The position numbers were made by a program, and so were the translations under genes. 64,000 nt of DNA from Takakia lepidozioides. Taxonomy: Eukaryota > Plantae > Bryophyta. The stretch covers positions 54,436,001 through 54,500,000 of the forward strand of contig CM060734.1 of assembly GCA_030704615.1 (NCBI GenBank). The letters run 5' to 3'. Positions 11,273 to 24,800 of this stretch are shown here, one piece after another (within the stretch, counting starts at the first letter, position 1; every line of letters begins with the position of its first letter). Under the pieces are notes generated by a model. The model saw only the letters and a list, made by a program, of their open reading frames with translations, searched no databases and had not been told where the DNA came from.

Positions 11273-12588
11273 TCAACAATTGACCGGGGCTTTGCTAAGG
11301 ACTGGGGAGGGGACGTCAGATGGTTGAACCCACCCGTCCTCTCTCTTCTTGAGCACAGACGGAGACAGTGAGAAATTGAATGTGTGCTTGGGCTTGCCGT
11401 GGATCCGCTTGCCACCTTGCCTTCTCTTATCTTTTCTAGACTGTTGCAGGACCTCCGAGTTGAGGCCCAACACCGATGGACCCGCCATCGCTCCATCTGG
11501 AACCACAGTGATGCTTAGCAAATGGATTGCATCGAGCTGGCTGATGCCCAAGTCCGGCCCCAGTGATGTGAACCTGCCATTCAAACTTTCTCCATCCAGA
11601 AACCCATTGTCGCTGAACTCCTCGCTGAAGCTGAGGGTGGGGCTCAGTTGATTAGCCGCCAATCTCTGAACCTGTAGCTCCACAGCTTGTTTCTCCGTCA
11701 GCGGTTTCCTGGGTATCGGTGCAGGCCGCGTGCTACTGTGCTGTTTGTTTCTCATCGAGGGAGCTGGGGGCAAAGCAGCATGCTGTTGCTTGAGAGGGCT
11801 TCCCAAATTCCATTGCGTGCTTGGAACTGTAGTTTTCGGGTATTTCGGCCTTCTACAACGATTCTGGCTGTCCAAGCCTGTGACACCCCTTGTTGTTCAA
11901 GCTTTTACTAGATGATCAGTTCCTGAGCAAGCTATTTCGTCAGGATTGTCGTATGATAGATCACTGAATTCCCACTAGATAGTGTTTATTATCGCAAATT
12001 TGGAGACCTGTCACCTAAGACTTGTAACTAGTAATGTGTCTGTACATAAAATTCTGGTTGATCGTCTTAAGAGTTTTGCAGGTCAAGTTAGAGAATACAA
12101 ACATGGTCCAAGTCTTACGATCAGTGGGTGAACTAATCGAGCATTTCTCAGCAGTGTTACTGGAGGAAAACACTACTTGGGAAGAAAAACTTTTCAGAAA
12201 CTGCTACTTAGCAGTAGAGGGTCGACTCATTTCATTTTCTGGAAGATTCTGCTGTACCGGACAGAGAGAAGTTGTGTTTTGAGTAGATTCAATGACCTTG
12301 GAAGTTGTACACAGTAAAATTTACTTCACAGCTAGAGGCCTAAAGAACCTGAGAGACTATTTGAGAGGCATTATTCACTTGAACCTCTCAATGCAATGTG
12401 TTTAAGACTTAGACCCCCACAAAATGGGCGGCGACAGTATTGACTCCGAAGATAGGCCCATAAATGAAGATCTATCTTTGGAATTGAAGTGAAGGAAAGG
12501 GTCTGTATCTGTACCCTGCTGATGGGGGATGGTGGCTTTGGCATACTTCACTTTGCGCTCCATCACCTTCAAGAGCAGATCCTGCTCC
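11273..12588 (-). CDS. Uncharacterised protein, last exons (12588-12515 and 11877-11273); 5' part not resolved
   Basis: 200-codon stop-free terminal exon with an AG acceptor in phase with a GT-bounded upstream exon (EQDLLLKVMERKVKYAKATIPHQQ|G); no recognised domain. Confidence 0.45.
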
Positions 12589-13249
12589 CTGTATATAGTT
12601 GTACGATGCTTGAATAGCTTCTAATAAACCTACTTACACACCTCGTAAAAAATATTAGCCTCGTGTAATTGTGCACAATTTCTAGAGTTAAGGATCAGTT
12701 GGAAGATCACCAATGTAGTAGGATCAGATGCTTTGAAATTCTGCAACTTAGACACAAGAGGATTGAGGTGTGTACCATCTATCTATGAGTCGATTTGGGT
12801 TCCGCCGAGGTCTAAACATTGCGAGTTGATCACTTCCACGCTCTTAGCTGTTCAACAACTTCATCTCATAAAGTGCCCAGAAGTATGTACGTACGGTTTG
12901 GGATCCAAGTTCTTCAGTTTTATCTTGTCTACTTAGTATGCTCACATGTTGTAGAACGGGCACAAACTATTCTAGCAACCTTGACATGAATGAAAGTGCC
13001 TGAAGTCAGACTAATAACTCCTTCAATCACCACTATTGTACCTCTCTAATCTCTCTTCCGGTTTCCCTGGACGTCATGAGATCCTATTCTTTGCTTCTCG
13101 CTTATCTCTCTCTCACTCTCACATCTTTGCTTGTACCGTCTAGCCTACCTGTAGGTAACAGACTCAAGTGATGACCTTCAAACTTTTTACGTGACCCTTT
13201 TGGTCCCGACACTACCAAGGATATCGACACTTCTCTCCCTCTCTCTATA

Positions 13250-14446
13250 ACGTGTCTCTTCCTACAAGGTCACCGTCGCATCCTAGAAGACTTCTCCATA
13301 GACTACGCGTTGCAGATCAACCTCAGTGCATGATCACCATCAGTGTCAGATCATGATTTTCAATGGCCATTCTGATCGAAGAATATTCCACTTCAACCTG
13401 CAAGAGATCAATTGAGGTCATGAAATCATACCTGAGTCTGGTTATCCACTCACCCAAATTTCAGTTTGCATCGACTGCCCTGGACAGATTGACGAAGGGC
13501 CATACGCCTTCAGGCTGAATGCAAACACATACACCTGCGCCACCCCCAACCAAAAAGTGGAGCCCTCTTCGACTCGGTTGTCACCCGTGTTGCCACTTAT
13601 GGCAGAACTCCCTGGCGGGGAAAAATTTGGAACCGCTGCAATCGTCTTTCCTCCAAGGAATACCTGGAGCTAGAGGTACAACACCATCACAAATTCTGTG
13701 TGCAGAATTTGCACGCAAACCGAGGCCATCTTCCGGCTTACGATCTTTCTGACAAGGTTACAAGCTTGCCCTTCCCTCCAGAGGGACTCACACCCAAGGG
13801 GCTGACAGCCTGGGCCCTCGCAACATCTATCAGGCTCCAAACCGCTGGTTTCAAGACCTGATATGCTCGGGTGTCCAACTTTTTGGAGCGCAATGGACTC
13901 TCCGTTGCTGCCTACTGCCACAAAATACTGAGGGGGTGGAAATTGCGTCCAAATAAGACCGCAACAGATAAATCAGATGAGAACGTATGGAACTTCACGT
14001 CAGGCGGACATGGAAACCATCCGACCTTACAGCAAAAGTGCAGTTCTATCTCCCGCTCTTCTCCTCTTCTGAGGACATTGGGGAGGTTCAGGGTGGGCTC
14101 CCACCGTCTGCAGATAGAGACTCGTAGGTGGAAAACCAGGACCGCCTATACCTGGAAACAACAGGGAAATCTAGTGAAGAACAGATTTTCTTTGTAACTG
14201 CTGAGATCCGTGGGAGATTCAACTGTTTATTCCGTGATACCCAATCTCTCACTGAGGTCTTCCATTACAACGATGACTGCTCGGCAGCTTACTTGCATGA
14301 AGCATTGACACTTAGACAATCCCTCCAGCAATAGTTGCTTTTGGGCTGCTTGTGGAGAGCCTCAATCTGTTTCTCGTTTCTTTCTCTCTCTTGTCTCATA
14401 AGCTCTTTCAGCTTTCCACGGATGTTACAAAGTGCCATTTCATTTC
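13250..14446 (+). mobile_element. RTE/RTEX-like non-LTR retrotransposon remnant (RT C-terminal half to 3' tail)
   Basis: Decayed motifs LQINLS, SYLSLVIHS (YLG-like), LFDSVV..TYG, TTPSQILCAEF, RFRVGSHRLQIETRRW; ends in (CATTT)n. Confidence 0.75.
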
Positions 14447-15835
14447 TCTTGACAGCTCAAGGTAGATGACAAGCATGTGAAGGTCCAAACAAGACAGCGT
14501 CGGTTTGGGCATGCCAAAGGGCAGCTGAGGAGGAGAGACAAGAGTTGGAGCAGCAGTGCAGCGCTGCAGGATTTCAGCTGAGTCGGCCAGCTTGCTCTGT
14601 TATAACCACCGCCTTGCGTCCCCTGCTTCTCCTTCACCAATGGAGCCGTGGGTTCAAATCCACACACTGCACCAAGTGCATCTCCCCTTCACATTGGTTG
14701 AATGCAGTTGAATCCTGCGCAGCTGATCCTGGGTTCAACATTCAAATCCTGGCTGCCACATTGCGCACTCGTACTGAGCTTGAATGATCTTAGGCTTGTG
14801 AAGCTTTTACTCCCATGCCTTGTAAACACAAGGATCTAGAGGAGTTTGCACCAGTGCGCACCAGTCTCCAGGCCCCGAATGGCTCCATCATGCATAGCAA
14901 AATCCATTCACTCAGGAGGGCTCAGGTCTCATGATGATCAGCTCGTGACATTCACAGAAGGGATACAATGGCTCTTGCATGCAATCTAGCTCAAGGACGA
15001 TGGGCTCTCCCACTGCCACCCATCTCCTCTTTTCGTCTAGATGGTCGCACGAACTTAGGGACATTGATACCAAAATGGAGCTAGAATGACATAACTACAA
15101 CTACAGTACTGTGCCAAGGTGAGCCCGAGAGAAAGGGAACCTTTTGGCCATACCACTTGTATACAGAAGCTGAAGCGGGAAAGGCAACCAATCAAAAACT
15201 ATTAAAATCCAGCGCACTCTTAGCAGGAAATGTTTTTCCGACAAAATTTGTTGCTCATGGGTTCCCCCTCTTTTCACAGAAAGGAAACCAGCCAGCTTTT
15301 GGAAGTGTCAGCTCATACCATAGAACTAACTTCACTGCCACACCGAAAAGAAGAGTATGCCTCCCTGGCAACGGGTTGCATTTAGTAGTCGTGATGGCAA
15401 TCACCAGAAGGAAAAGATATTACAATGGCACGTTCACTAATTTAGCATAAGAAAGGAACATAGAGACTAGGCTAATGTTGCATGCTTCATTCCTTCTGTG
15501 GGCGATGTGACTGTCTAGCTACCCTTTCAAGAATCAAATACAGTACATACTGGGGGCAACAATTGGCTAGAGCAACATCAACAGCGAATCCAGTAGTGTG
15601 AAACACTCCTTAGCGCTGGTCAAGCAAGTAAAGGCAAATGGCGAACCTTTATAACTTTACAATCTCTCACATATCTCTGTGCTGGGAAACATCTGTGATA
15701 CAGAGGCAGAAAACTATCGCATGTGAGGGTGTAACACAACCTTGATAGTTACAGAAAAATCTTTATGAAATCATATCCCCAAAACTGATACCTCTTTTGC
15801 GCCCTCTGCATCTTTACAAGCTACAATCATAGTAG

Positions 15836-18800
15836 CTAGAAAAGGTCCAGCGCTATTTTGCGCAGTTCTTGCTTCCACTTGGGCATCTTGTAAAACTGGT
15901 TTGTGGTCATTCCAAACAATTTCTCGAATTCCTCAGAAGATAAATATGCCTGCAGAAGATAACATGTCCCAATACAGTGATTTACTAACCAATCACATGA
16001 CATCTTTTAGTTTTATTGTTGAGAAGTGGGCAATGGACCTCAGATCAGCAAGGGGAAATCCGACACATCAGAGGGCACCAAAACTGGTTCAGCAAAGGAG
16101 AGAAAGCTCTCTCTGACAGCTGTCCCTTTCAATACATCTAATGCAAGCTAGAGGGCTAATGGAGCGCTGTCCTTGAATCAACTCATGCTTTTTAGTTTTA
16201 CAGCAATGCCATATATCATTTACCTGGAACCGGATTGTCACTGGAAATTGTCCAATTAGCCCTGTGTGTCTCATGTGGATGTATTTATGTTTTCTCCTCT
16301 CATACAAACATATTAGGAAGTTTGTTTTGTCCAAGTCATGTGTCTCTCTCTTTGGTCTTTTTGTGGATGCTATAAAGTTCCTTTCTAGCTTCTTTCTGCC
16401 TCTTACCCACTGGATGTATACATTGTCTTCTATAAAAGGATATGAGCTAGCTGTTCCTCTCTTACCTTGGGCAACAGTAGATGAAAATAAGAGGTCATTC
16501 AAGGCAGTTAACTTCAGTACCTCTCTCCTTGTGGGATCAATTCCAGGGGGAGGGTCTGTGGTCTCGACTTTCAAACGCTCATAGCTGAAAATCCCTGAGC
16601 TCACACCCTTCTCTTCTACTTCACCATCAGATGTTGTGCTTGTTGACTTAGAAAGCATTTCTGTATCACCCAGTGCTTCCACATTCATGATTGGTGATGT
16701 CAAGGCCACCCAATCGCCATCAGCTGGACAGACAATGAAGTGCTGCTGGTTATGTACAATAGCATGTCAAATCAAGTTTCACTAGAGTAGTTCCCAACAA
16801 ATGTACTTTTCATTGAGCTGCAGTGTCTCTACTAACACAATAGACATGTCCTTACCAAGAGTTGAAGGAACTGTGTCTGTTGAAGTGCTACGGACTGGGG
16901 AGAGGGCTGCATTTGCTGCAGTTCGCTGTGAAAAAGACGAGTGCACTCTTACAAAACCAGCGATGTGAGTTGCTGGGGCTCTAGGTGAGGAGGGTCTCAG
17001 GGGAGCATGAATAGGAGTGCCCTTGGGCTTTGGAGAGCCCCTCAATGTGTCGCCACCAGACCACAACACAGGGGACAAGGCCGCCATAGCTGCTGCTCTT
17101 TGAGAGGAAACATTCTCTTCGTGTCCAAACAATGTGTTTGGTGTCAGTCGCCTCTTGTAGTTCTGCAGATTTGACATGGAAAAGGTACAACCAATTATAA
17201 ATAGGCAGAAGATTTACAACCAAGGGATTCTCAGCCTCATTGAACCATTGATATAGCTCTCCTAGTGATTCTCAAGCATGAAGATATGAGATCCTTTGTG
17301 ACAAGAATTCAAAGGCTTGAGGGATGCAATCTGAATCAGGCACGTGCAGTTCTAAAATATAATCCAAGTTAGATTGAGGCCTTCCCCGTTGCACTCCAAT
17401 TACATGCCTGGTCTTAAAATTGAACATAAGGCATCTGACCACGCTCAATCAATGACCCATCCTAGTTCAGAACAAAAGCAAAATTGCGCAGAGTACTTTC
17501 TGACAGAACTGATGTTTTGTATTCATCCACAAATGTGCATTAACAGTGTGGAGCTGTGAGGTGATGAACTGGAATGTGATACTGCTGCGCTGGGTCGCGC
17601 ACACAGGTTTTGTAAGGTAGAACAAACTTAATTATAGCCCAAAATTGATTGACTACTTGGCATTGATTATGTCTATTCCCTTTTGGAAATAACTTCAGCA
17701 TAGGATTGACACCAAACAAACTTTAATGAACATGCATCCCCAATGAACAAAATACTAAACTCAAATAATAAAGGAGTGTGGATCACCTCTGCACTTGAAG
17801 CTGGTTGCCCTTTCAGAGCTGCGAGCTTCCTGTCATACATATCCCCATGCATCTGCCCACCCTACTATCTGTTACGAATGTGAAGGTCAAGTGTTTGTGG
17901 CCTTCAGAACCAACTGACATAAAGTGAAAGTGGGGGATTGAAGGAGGCTAAGGCCTTATGACTTTCTTCTTCTCTGCTACTCTTCTCTTCCACATACTTC
18001 AGTTTCTGCTATACCTGATTAAAGCCAAGGTAGCAAAAGACAAGACAGACTAGTGTTTTCAGAATGCACATTCAGATAGTGTGCAAACGGCTAAGTGTAA
18101 CAAACCTTGATTGGTGGCCTAGGTTTGTTGTGATATCTGGAAACTAGCACAAACTAACAATAGGAACCTACGTGCCAGTGCTTCCGCTTTTGTTATGGGA
18201 TTCAACTTACAGTGGCCTTGCTTGGATCCCATGAAAAGTAGCAGGTAAAGAAAGATGGCTCATTTGCTTCCATTACTTTGAAGAAGGGGGTATCCTTGGA
18301 TAGGCCCTCCAAAGCAGCAGCACGCTCAATGTACTTCTGCATGAGTTTTTGGAACAAAACATACATTTCTTAACAAGCAGACCCACTTTTTTCCGGTTGA
18401 GGAAAACTGGAACCACTCCAGAACGTGCAGACATACTTGCAAAGCATGCAGCACCTCCCTACTTCTTGGAAGCAAAAACTTCCCACTTTATGATGCAAAT
18501 GGCCCCACAAAGTCCAAAAATACCAAATAACAGGATGATATAGTGTGCAACTTCAACATTTGAGTACACAGTGTCCCCCAGAACTCGACCCCCAAGATTT
18601 TGCTAGTAGACAAGGTCTGTAGTCTGTAGCACAAATGTGACTGCAGCTCTACCTCTTAAGAATTCTGAAAAAGTCTTCCTAAACAAGAAGCATCCACATT
18701 GTAGGACACAAAATTTACTCCTACAATAACCGTGGCCTCAATCAAACTCACATATCATTTTCATGTTGGCTGAAAGAAGATTAATACCTGGGCAAGATCA

Positions 18801-21800
18801 GAAGCATGTTGTTTGTCGTGAGTGCTGGCATGTTGACCCACCCACACAAATACAGCACTGTGACAGTCCAGAATCATCACATCTTCGCTCAGCAAGTCCT
18901 CTTGTGAGAAATTGAACACCTCTGTCACCTGCATCTTGCTCCTGTTAGTATCCTACACAAGTAAGGGGCCTAAGTGGACCAACAGTTATCAAGATTTTCG
19001 GTTGAATTTCATAAATGCACTGGTGATTCACACTACGATTGGAGCTGTGTTGGGTGAGCATGACGATGTGGGATCACCAGGGCTCCTTGGATTCAGCCAT
19101 GGAGGAAAGAAAGATTAGGCCAAGTTGTTGTCTAGGAGATAGTTTCACCATAAAGTCTCACCTGAGTCAGGCAGCTCTCTTAGGGTTTTGAGTTAAACAT
19201 CATTGCAGTCCATCAATCTTATCGTGGCAAAGACCACCTTCCAGTCCATCCAGTTCCAGGGTGGTTGACTTCAGGCCAGGCCTGACCTTGCAATCAAAAA
19301 GCCCTCATAGGCAAAGAATTCACAGAAATTGACCTCAGGGATTCTAGTGGTGCATCTTACCAATATTTCTTTTGCTTAAACTACTTCACAACTGAAGACA
19401 TGCAAGGAAGGCAGATATCAAACAGGTGAAGAGATGTACCTTCAAAGTCCCTGCAGCATTGTGGTATTTTGTGAACAGCCAGCAGGCACATGCAATTGAG
19501 ACATAATCAACCAGCAATGGAGGTGCTGTTAGACCATTCTTGATGCAGTTAAAAGGAGAACACAATCAGCTAACAATATCTGACACCTTTTAGCTCCTCA
19601 ACATGTAGCAATAGCATGTATTGCTGATGAAGGATTCCTCTATTAGACTAAGTGAATCAAAGTCTAGTTTGGAAATGAACTTGCTCCACGACAAAAACTC
19701 CTTGACACATAACTGCAACAAAATCAAACACATAGAAAGAGTCCTGTTAAAAGGAAGGAACCCTTTGGGTGGAAGGGCTTGTAACCTTGTAAGAAAGATT
19801 GTAAGCAGAAGATGAATGAAATGAAACGGTACTTTATAACGTCCGTGGAAAGCTCAGAGAGCTTATGGGACAAAATGGGAAAAGCCAAGAGAAATGAAAT
19901 GAAATGGTGCTTTATAACAAGAGAGAGGAAACAAAACCAGAGCCCAAGAAACAGCCCAAAAGCAACTACTGCTCAAGGGATTGCCTAAGGGTCAAGGCCT
20001 CGCGCAGGTAAGCTGCCAAGCATTTCTGATCTTCGTAGACTTCAGTGAGAGATTGAGTTCCACGGAATAGACAGATGGAAAGAAAGAAGAGATATTCGGA
20101 GAGGGATATTTAAGTGCCACCTTACCTTTTGACGGGCTGCAAACAAACAAGCGAGGGTCTTTGCCAACATCTTTTGCTTTGCGCTGGCTTGGGTAGCTTT
20201 GTTTCCCACCAAGGGTGCTCCAGAAAAACAGTGGCTCTAAGCCTTCCTTCAATGGTCTTGCCGTTGTGCCGGGCTGATGCAGCCGTGTAAATCAATAAGC
20301 GTATGATGCAGGGTGTGATGCACCATTTGTAGAAATAAATAGTTGATGGAACTAGTTTGAGTGAACAGTTCAAAAGCACAACGGGTGAGCAGTTCTAAGC
20401 ACCAAGACAATGGCGATAGCCTCCTACCTTCAAAAACTGTGTGACTTGCACGGCCAGCTTCTGCTCCTCAGCATTGCTCAGGTTGCCAGACCAGGTGAAG
20501 AACTTGGTCCCAGTTTGCAGAACAAAGCAGTCTGCTGAATTGAGCGAGGCTGCCACCTGCAACCCAAAATGCAAAAGCATTGCACTGAATGAAAACTGTT
20601 GTGATCAGTTTCAAAATACATCGAAGGTTTCACAGTGCAAGAAAATTGAAACAGTGGGATCATTCTTCCTTTGTCCCAGTCACAATTTAGCTTGCTGTGG
20701 TTGTCCATAACAAACAATCCTTCAAGAGCAAACAAACACGGTCAGTAATGGATGTGAGGACTGAAAACTTTACTCACTGGCTCAACTTGCAAAGCTTGGG
20801 TATTCTGTGGACTTGTGCCTCGTACCCGCAGCAGGATGACCGTGTCCTCTTTGACTCCTGAACTTTTGCCACCCTGACATTGATCCAGTTTATATTTATC
20901 AACCTCACACAAAGAGTCTTTTGTACTTGTTTCCCTGTAACTTTGTCTCATTTGAAGTCGAGAGAGGAAGGGTTCCAAGTGGAAGTACACAAGTTAGTGG
21001 CAATGCCAAGGAGCTCAAACATGCTTAAATTTCAAACCACAAAGCACCCTAGTTTTGAAAGCCCACATGGAAGCTAGACTATGCTATCACACACAAGGTG
21101 TTTTAGACACGTAAGAAGTAATCTATCTTGGCACAGAGCTTAAAGTTGGTCCTTCCTCACACTAATGTCAGAGAATGGATAAAAAATACAAAGGCAAGAG
21201 TCTCAGAGCCACCTAAAGCTGAGAAGGTCAAGAGTAATTTTCACACCTTCAAAATGGTCATGCATTGAAACAGAGCCAGAAACTGCGGGGGCTCTTTACC
21301 CTGGATGATTTGGGCCTGCCATTTATATCATGCACATGGCTCAGACCCTCCCACATGACCCAGAAAGAACATACATATTTTGTGACTTCATGGTTTGCCA
21401 TAGATACAACCATTTCCACAATTAAGAAGGAATGAATCCTAGACACCCTCCAACCTGGCTAATACATCTCACGCAAACTTCAAAATGATACAGATTGCTT
21501 TGACAGTGGGTGATGAACAGAGTAAAGACTGTACAAACAATTCACAAAACTCTTGGGAGGTTGAGATGTGGGTAAGAAGAGAAATTTTGGCAACCATGAC
21601 TGGACGTCCTTTGAAGGAAAGTAGCATCTCATTGGTCAAGCTTGCAGCTGTCTCCTTATCCTCCTGCCCAATCAGACAATCACAACATCCAAGTTATGTC
21701 TGAATGTTTATATGCTTTGTTACTTCTGTCGTGAAAAAGAAGGTTATATCATCTCCATGCAAATCCAGGTCTATAGTGATGACAATTTCCCTGTTTAAAA

Positions 21801-24800
21801 AAACACATAAAACAAACACTTGCTTTCGCTTGTGATCGTCCCTTATAGCTGTCACCACATTTCAGCACAACATTACTTCCAGTAAATGGTAAGACTAACA
21901 ACCGAAAACACATACCACAGTGCTTTGTCGACCCAACCAATAGCAGAGCAGGTACTCCTCTTTGCGATCCCTTGTGTTTCCTTGATATGTGTACAATACA
22001 ATGTAGCAACTGTTGTCGTAGAATTTACCAAAATCTGCAGCAGGGATAGCTGTCTTCGCATTGCCATTGACCCGCCAGATCTGACAAATCAATAAAACGC
22101 CAAGGTAACTCTCTCTGTCCCATAAGCCCCCATCAACTTCCATCAATTATGTCTCTCTATCAGTCCCTGAATAGCAGAAAGAACACTCCTCTAAAAGAGT
22201 CTGTTTAGTTCATATGTCGACACTGCAGCTTATAACCCTATGGAAGAGCCTATCTAGAACAGGTGCACTGTGATGCTCTGGTCGATTCAAGGGCATGGGT
22301 GTACCCAATGAGCATGACCAGTCTCCACCGACAGACAACCGACTTTAGATGCTCCATTGTAACCACAGAGAGGTAACAACCTTGGCTCAACAGTTCATTT
22401 AGGCAAACCCCTCTTTGCAGTTCATTTGATGTGGACAGCCACAAACATTCAACTGACAAGTACATCAAACCACCAAAACAAACAATTTTGATCTCTTTGT
22501 GATTTCCAAATGAGCTAACCACGTTATGAACGAGGGGTTAGCCATCGGCTATGAAGTGCCAACCTCAAGCTTGCCAGTAGCATTGAGCAGTGGCACAACC
22601 TCTTCTTTGACAGGCACACCTTTCAGAAGACCCTTCACGTTGACCCCTTGCTGCTTCAATAATGCTGCATAGATTCCCCAACAATATCCACATGAAACAA
22701 ACCTTACTGCTACCATAGGAAAAAATTCTGTATATCAAGCTCTAAGGTCCCCTATTTACAGAAAACACCTACAGTGTCTTAACTGGCTGGACATTCTGAC
22801 ACCCAATCATGCATACCTGCAACTTTGCCTCTCCCATCTTCAGAGACAGGAGTCACGGAACTCAATGGCCACTCGTCAAAGTTGGACCGGAATGCCAATG
22901 TCTCAAAGCCCTCAATCACACGTGTGAGTAGGGTATGTTTTGGCCGCTTTACAAGTTCCTGTCAGAGATGTACGGGATAACTTGGAATAAGCATCTATAC
23001 CCAACAAAGAGGACTCTGCCATTGTATTTCGAGTGCACACAAAAGACTGCCAATCCTACATGTGCTAGGCATTTTGCCCAACCTCATTTACAGTCATTAG
23101 AAACTGCCCAATGTTTACTTATTGCATATTTTTGACCAACAACTGATTGTAGTTGCATAGACTTTTCATGTGTGATGTAACTTTCCATAAAGTCCCCCAC
23201 TGTCCATTGAAGGGCGAGACCCTTAATGATTATATAACTTGACAACACAAGCAATTTTAGGGGCATGGAGTTGGCCCTTGCCTCAACAGCTGAGTTGGCA
23301 GCTTTCCTCATATCAATTGAAGTGTTGCGACCTGCCCATACGAAGAGTTCAGAGCCACAATCGAGCAGGTAACACTTGCTTTTGTCCAGCATATCCCTCC
23401 TCAGCGACGCAGCATTGTCAACTGCTGTGGCCTTCCCCTCCACAACACTTCTAGTACCCAAGATCCACCGACCCGAACTCCCCATCAATCACAAGAACGC
23501 TCTCCACTCATTCATCTCCAATTAAAAACCCATTATTAGAGCAAAAGATTGGCTGAAAGATTGAGCCTGTTATGGTAGAAGTTATCACACAAAACTAAAC
23601 TTTGACAATTTTTAACACTAGCAAGAAGCCGAAGTTCATGGGCATCTTGAAATTATCCTCTTCAATCCAGATATACAGAAGGAACAGAGGGGTGACCTAC
23701 CAGTAAAGCTTTCCCGGGGCGGTCTCTACTAGTATATCATCATCTTTATCCACCTTTTTGGTAAGTGGAGCAAATCCTCCAAACAGAACCCAAAACTCTC
23801 CTGCGTTGGCTTCAGACCCAAGATTTCCATCGTCTGCAATGCCTCAACCAACAGTTACTAACGCAATAGATCATTTGATAGACCCATAAGCAGTGTCTTT
23901 TACAGTTGAAGGATTCAGACCTTCTGCAGGCATTGGTCCTACAGTCCTCTGACCACATGCTGATGAGAGAAGCTGATGGGCTTCTAAAAGCAATAGTGAG
24001 AGGGTGTGCTTCTATGCACTGTGGACCTTGGAGGGCTTTCTAAGCTGGCACTGCAACGCCTATAGACAGATGTCAGGAGAACTTCTGCAATATAGTTCTC
24101 AGCCATCAAAATCCTTTACAACAGAGTATGTCATGTTGCTCACCAATTTTTTGCAAAATTGTGATGAAATTGCCAGCTATAGGTAGAAAGAGCCTCATGA
24201 GAGAAACACAGGATTCCTCACATTCAAAATTTAACTCAATACCTCACTAGCTGGCATACTTCGTAGTTTCTCAGTTTGTTTCCTCACCAATAACGGCGAC
24301 GTCGCAGCTACCCTCATGATCCGTGTCCTTGATATACTGCACAACTGCCAATGCTTTTCCCCTTTCTTGAATACTGGAGTTCCCACCGTTGAACTGGAAT
24401 ATCTTTGATTTCGTATCCAAGACAAAAATATCATCATGGTTGAGTGAAGAGCGTGCAAATGGGACCTGCCCATACAATCAAGCGATTACCACATCTCAAA
24501 AGTTGTTGACACTCCTTGGACATGGAAAACCCCCCTGACCCTAGCATTCAGGTGACCTGAGCTTGGCCACTGCAAGAGCACATTTCCAAAACTCCTATCA
24601 ACTCTCTTTTGAGCCCATTGGGCCTCCCCAGACATTGTAAAGTTTCTTTCTTATTTCTTTTCTCTGACTGAGTTTGTATACATAATCATAGCTCAACCTA
24701 GACAAAAGCAGTTGTCGACGAGAGAAATCAGAGTCCGCAAGGATCCATGTGAGTGGGTATAATCACATGAATCTGTCACTAATAAAAATTGGGAATCGAT

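Noticed and set aside
13310-13670. Minus-strand exons for the gene ending at 11273
   Set aside because: The + strand reads as decayed LINE RT motifs, and candidate exons have stops or phase conflicts.
13727-13800. 5' end of a bipartite SINE or Penelope-like pseudo-LTR
   Set aside because: The segment lies inside the decayed LINE ORF, so it is internal coding sequence.
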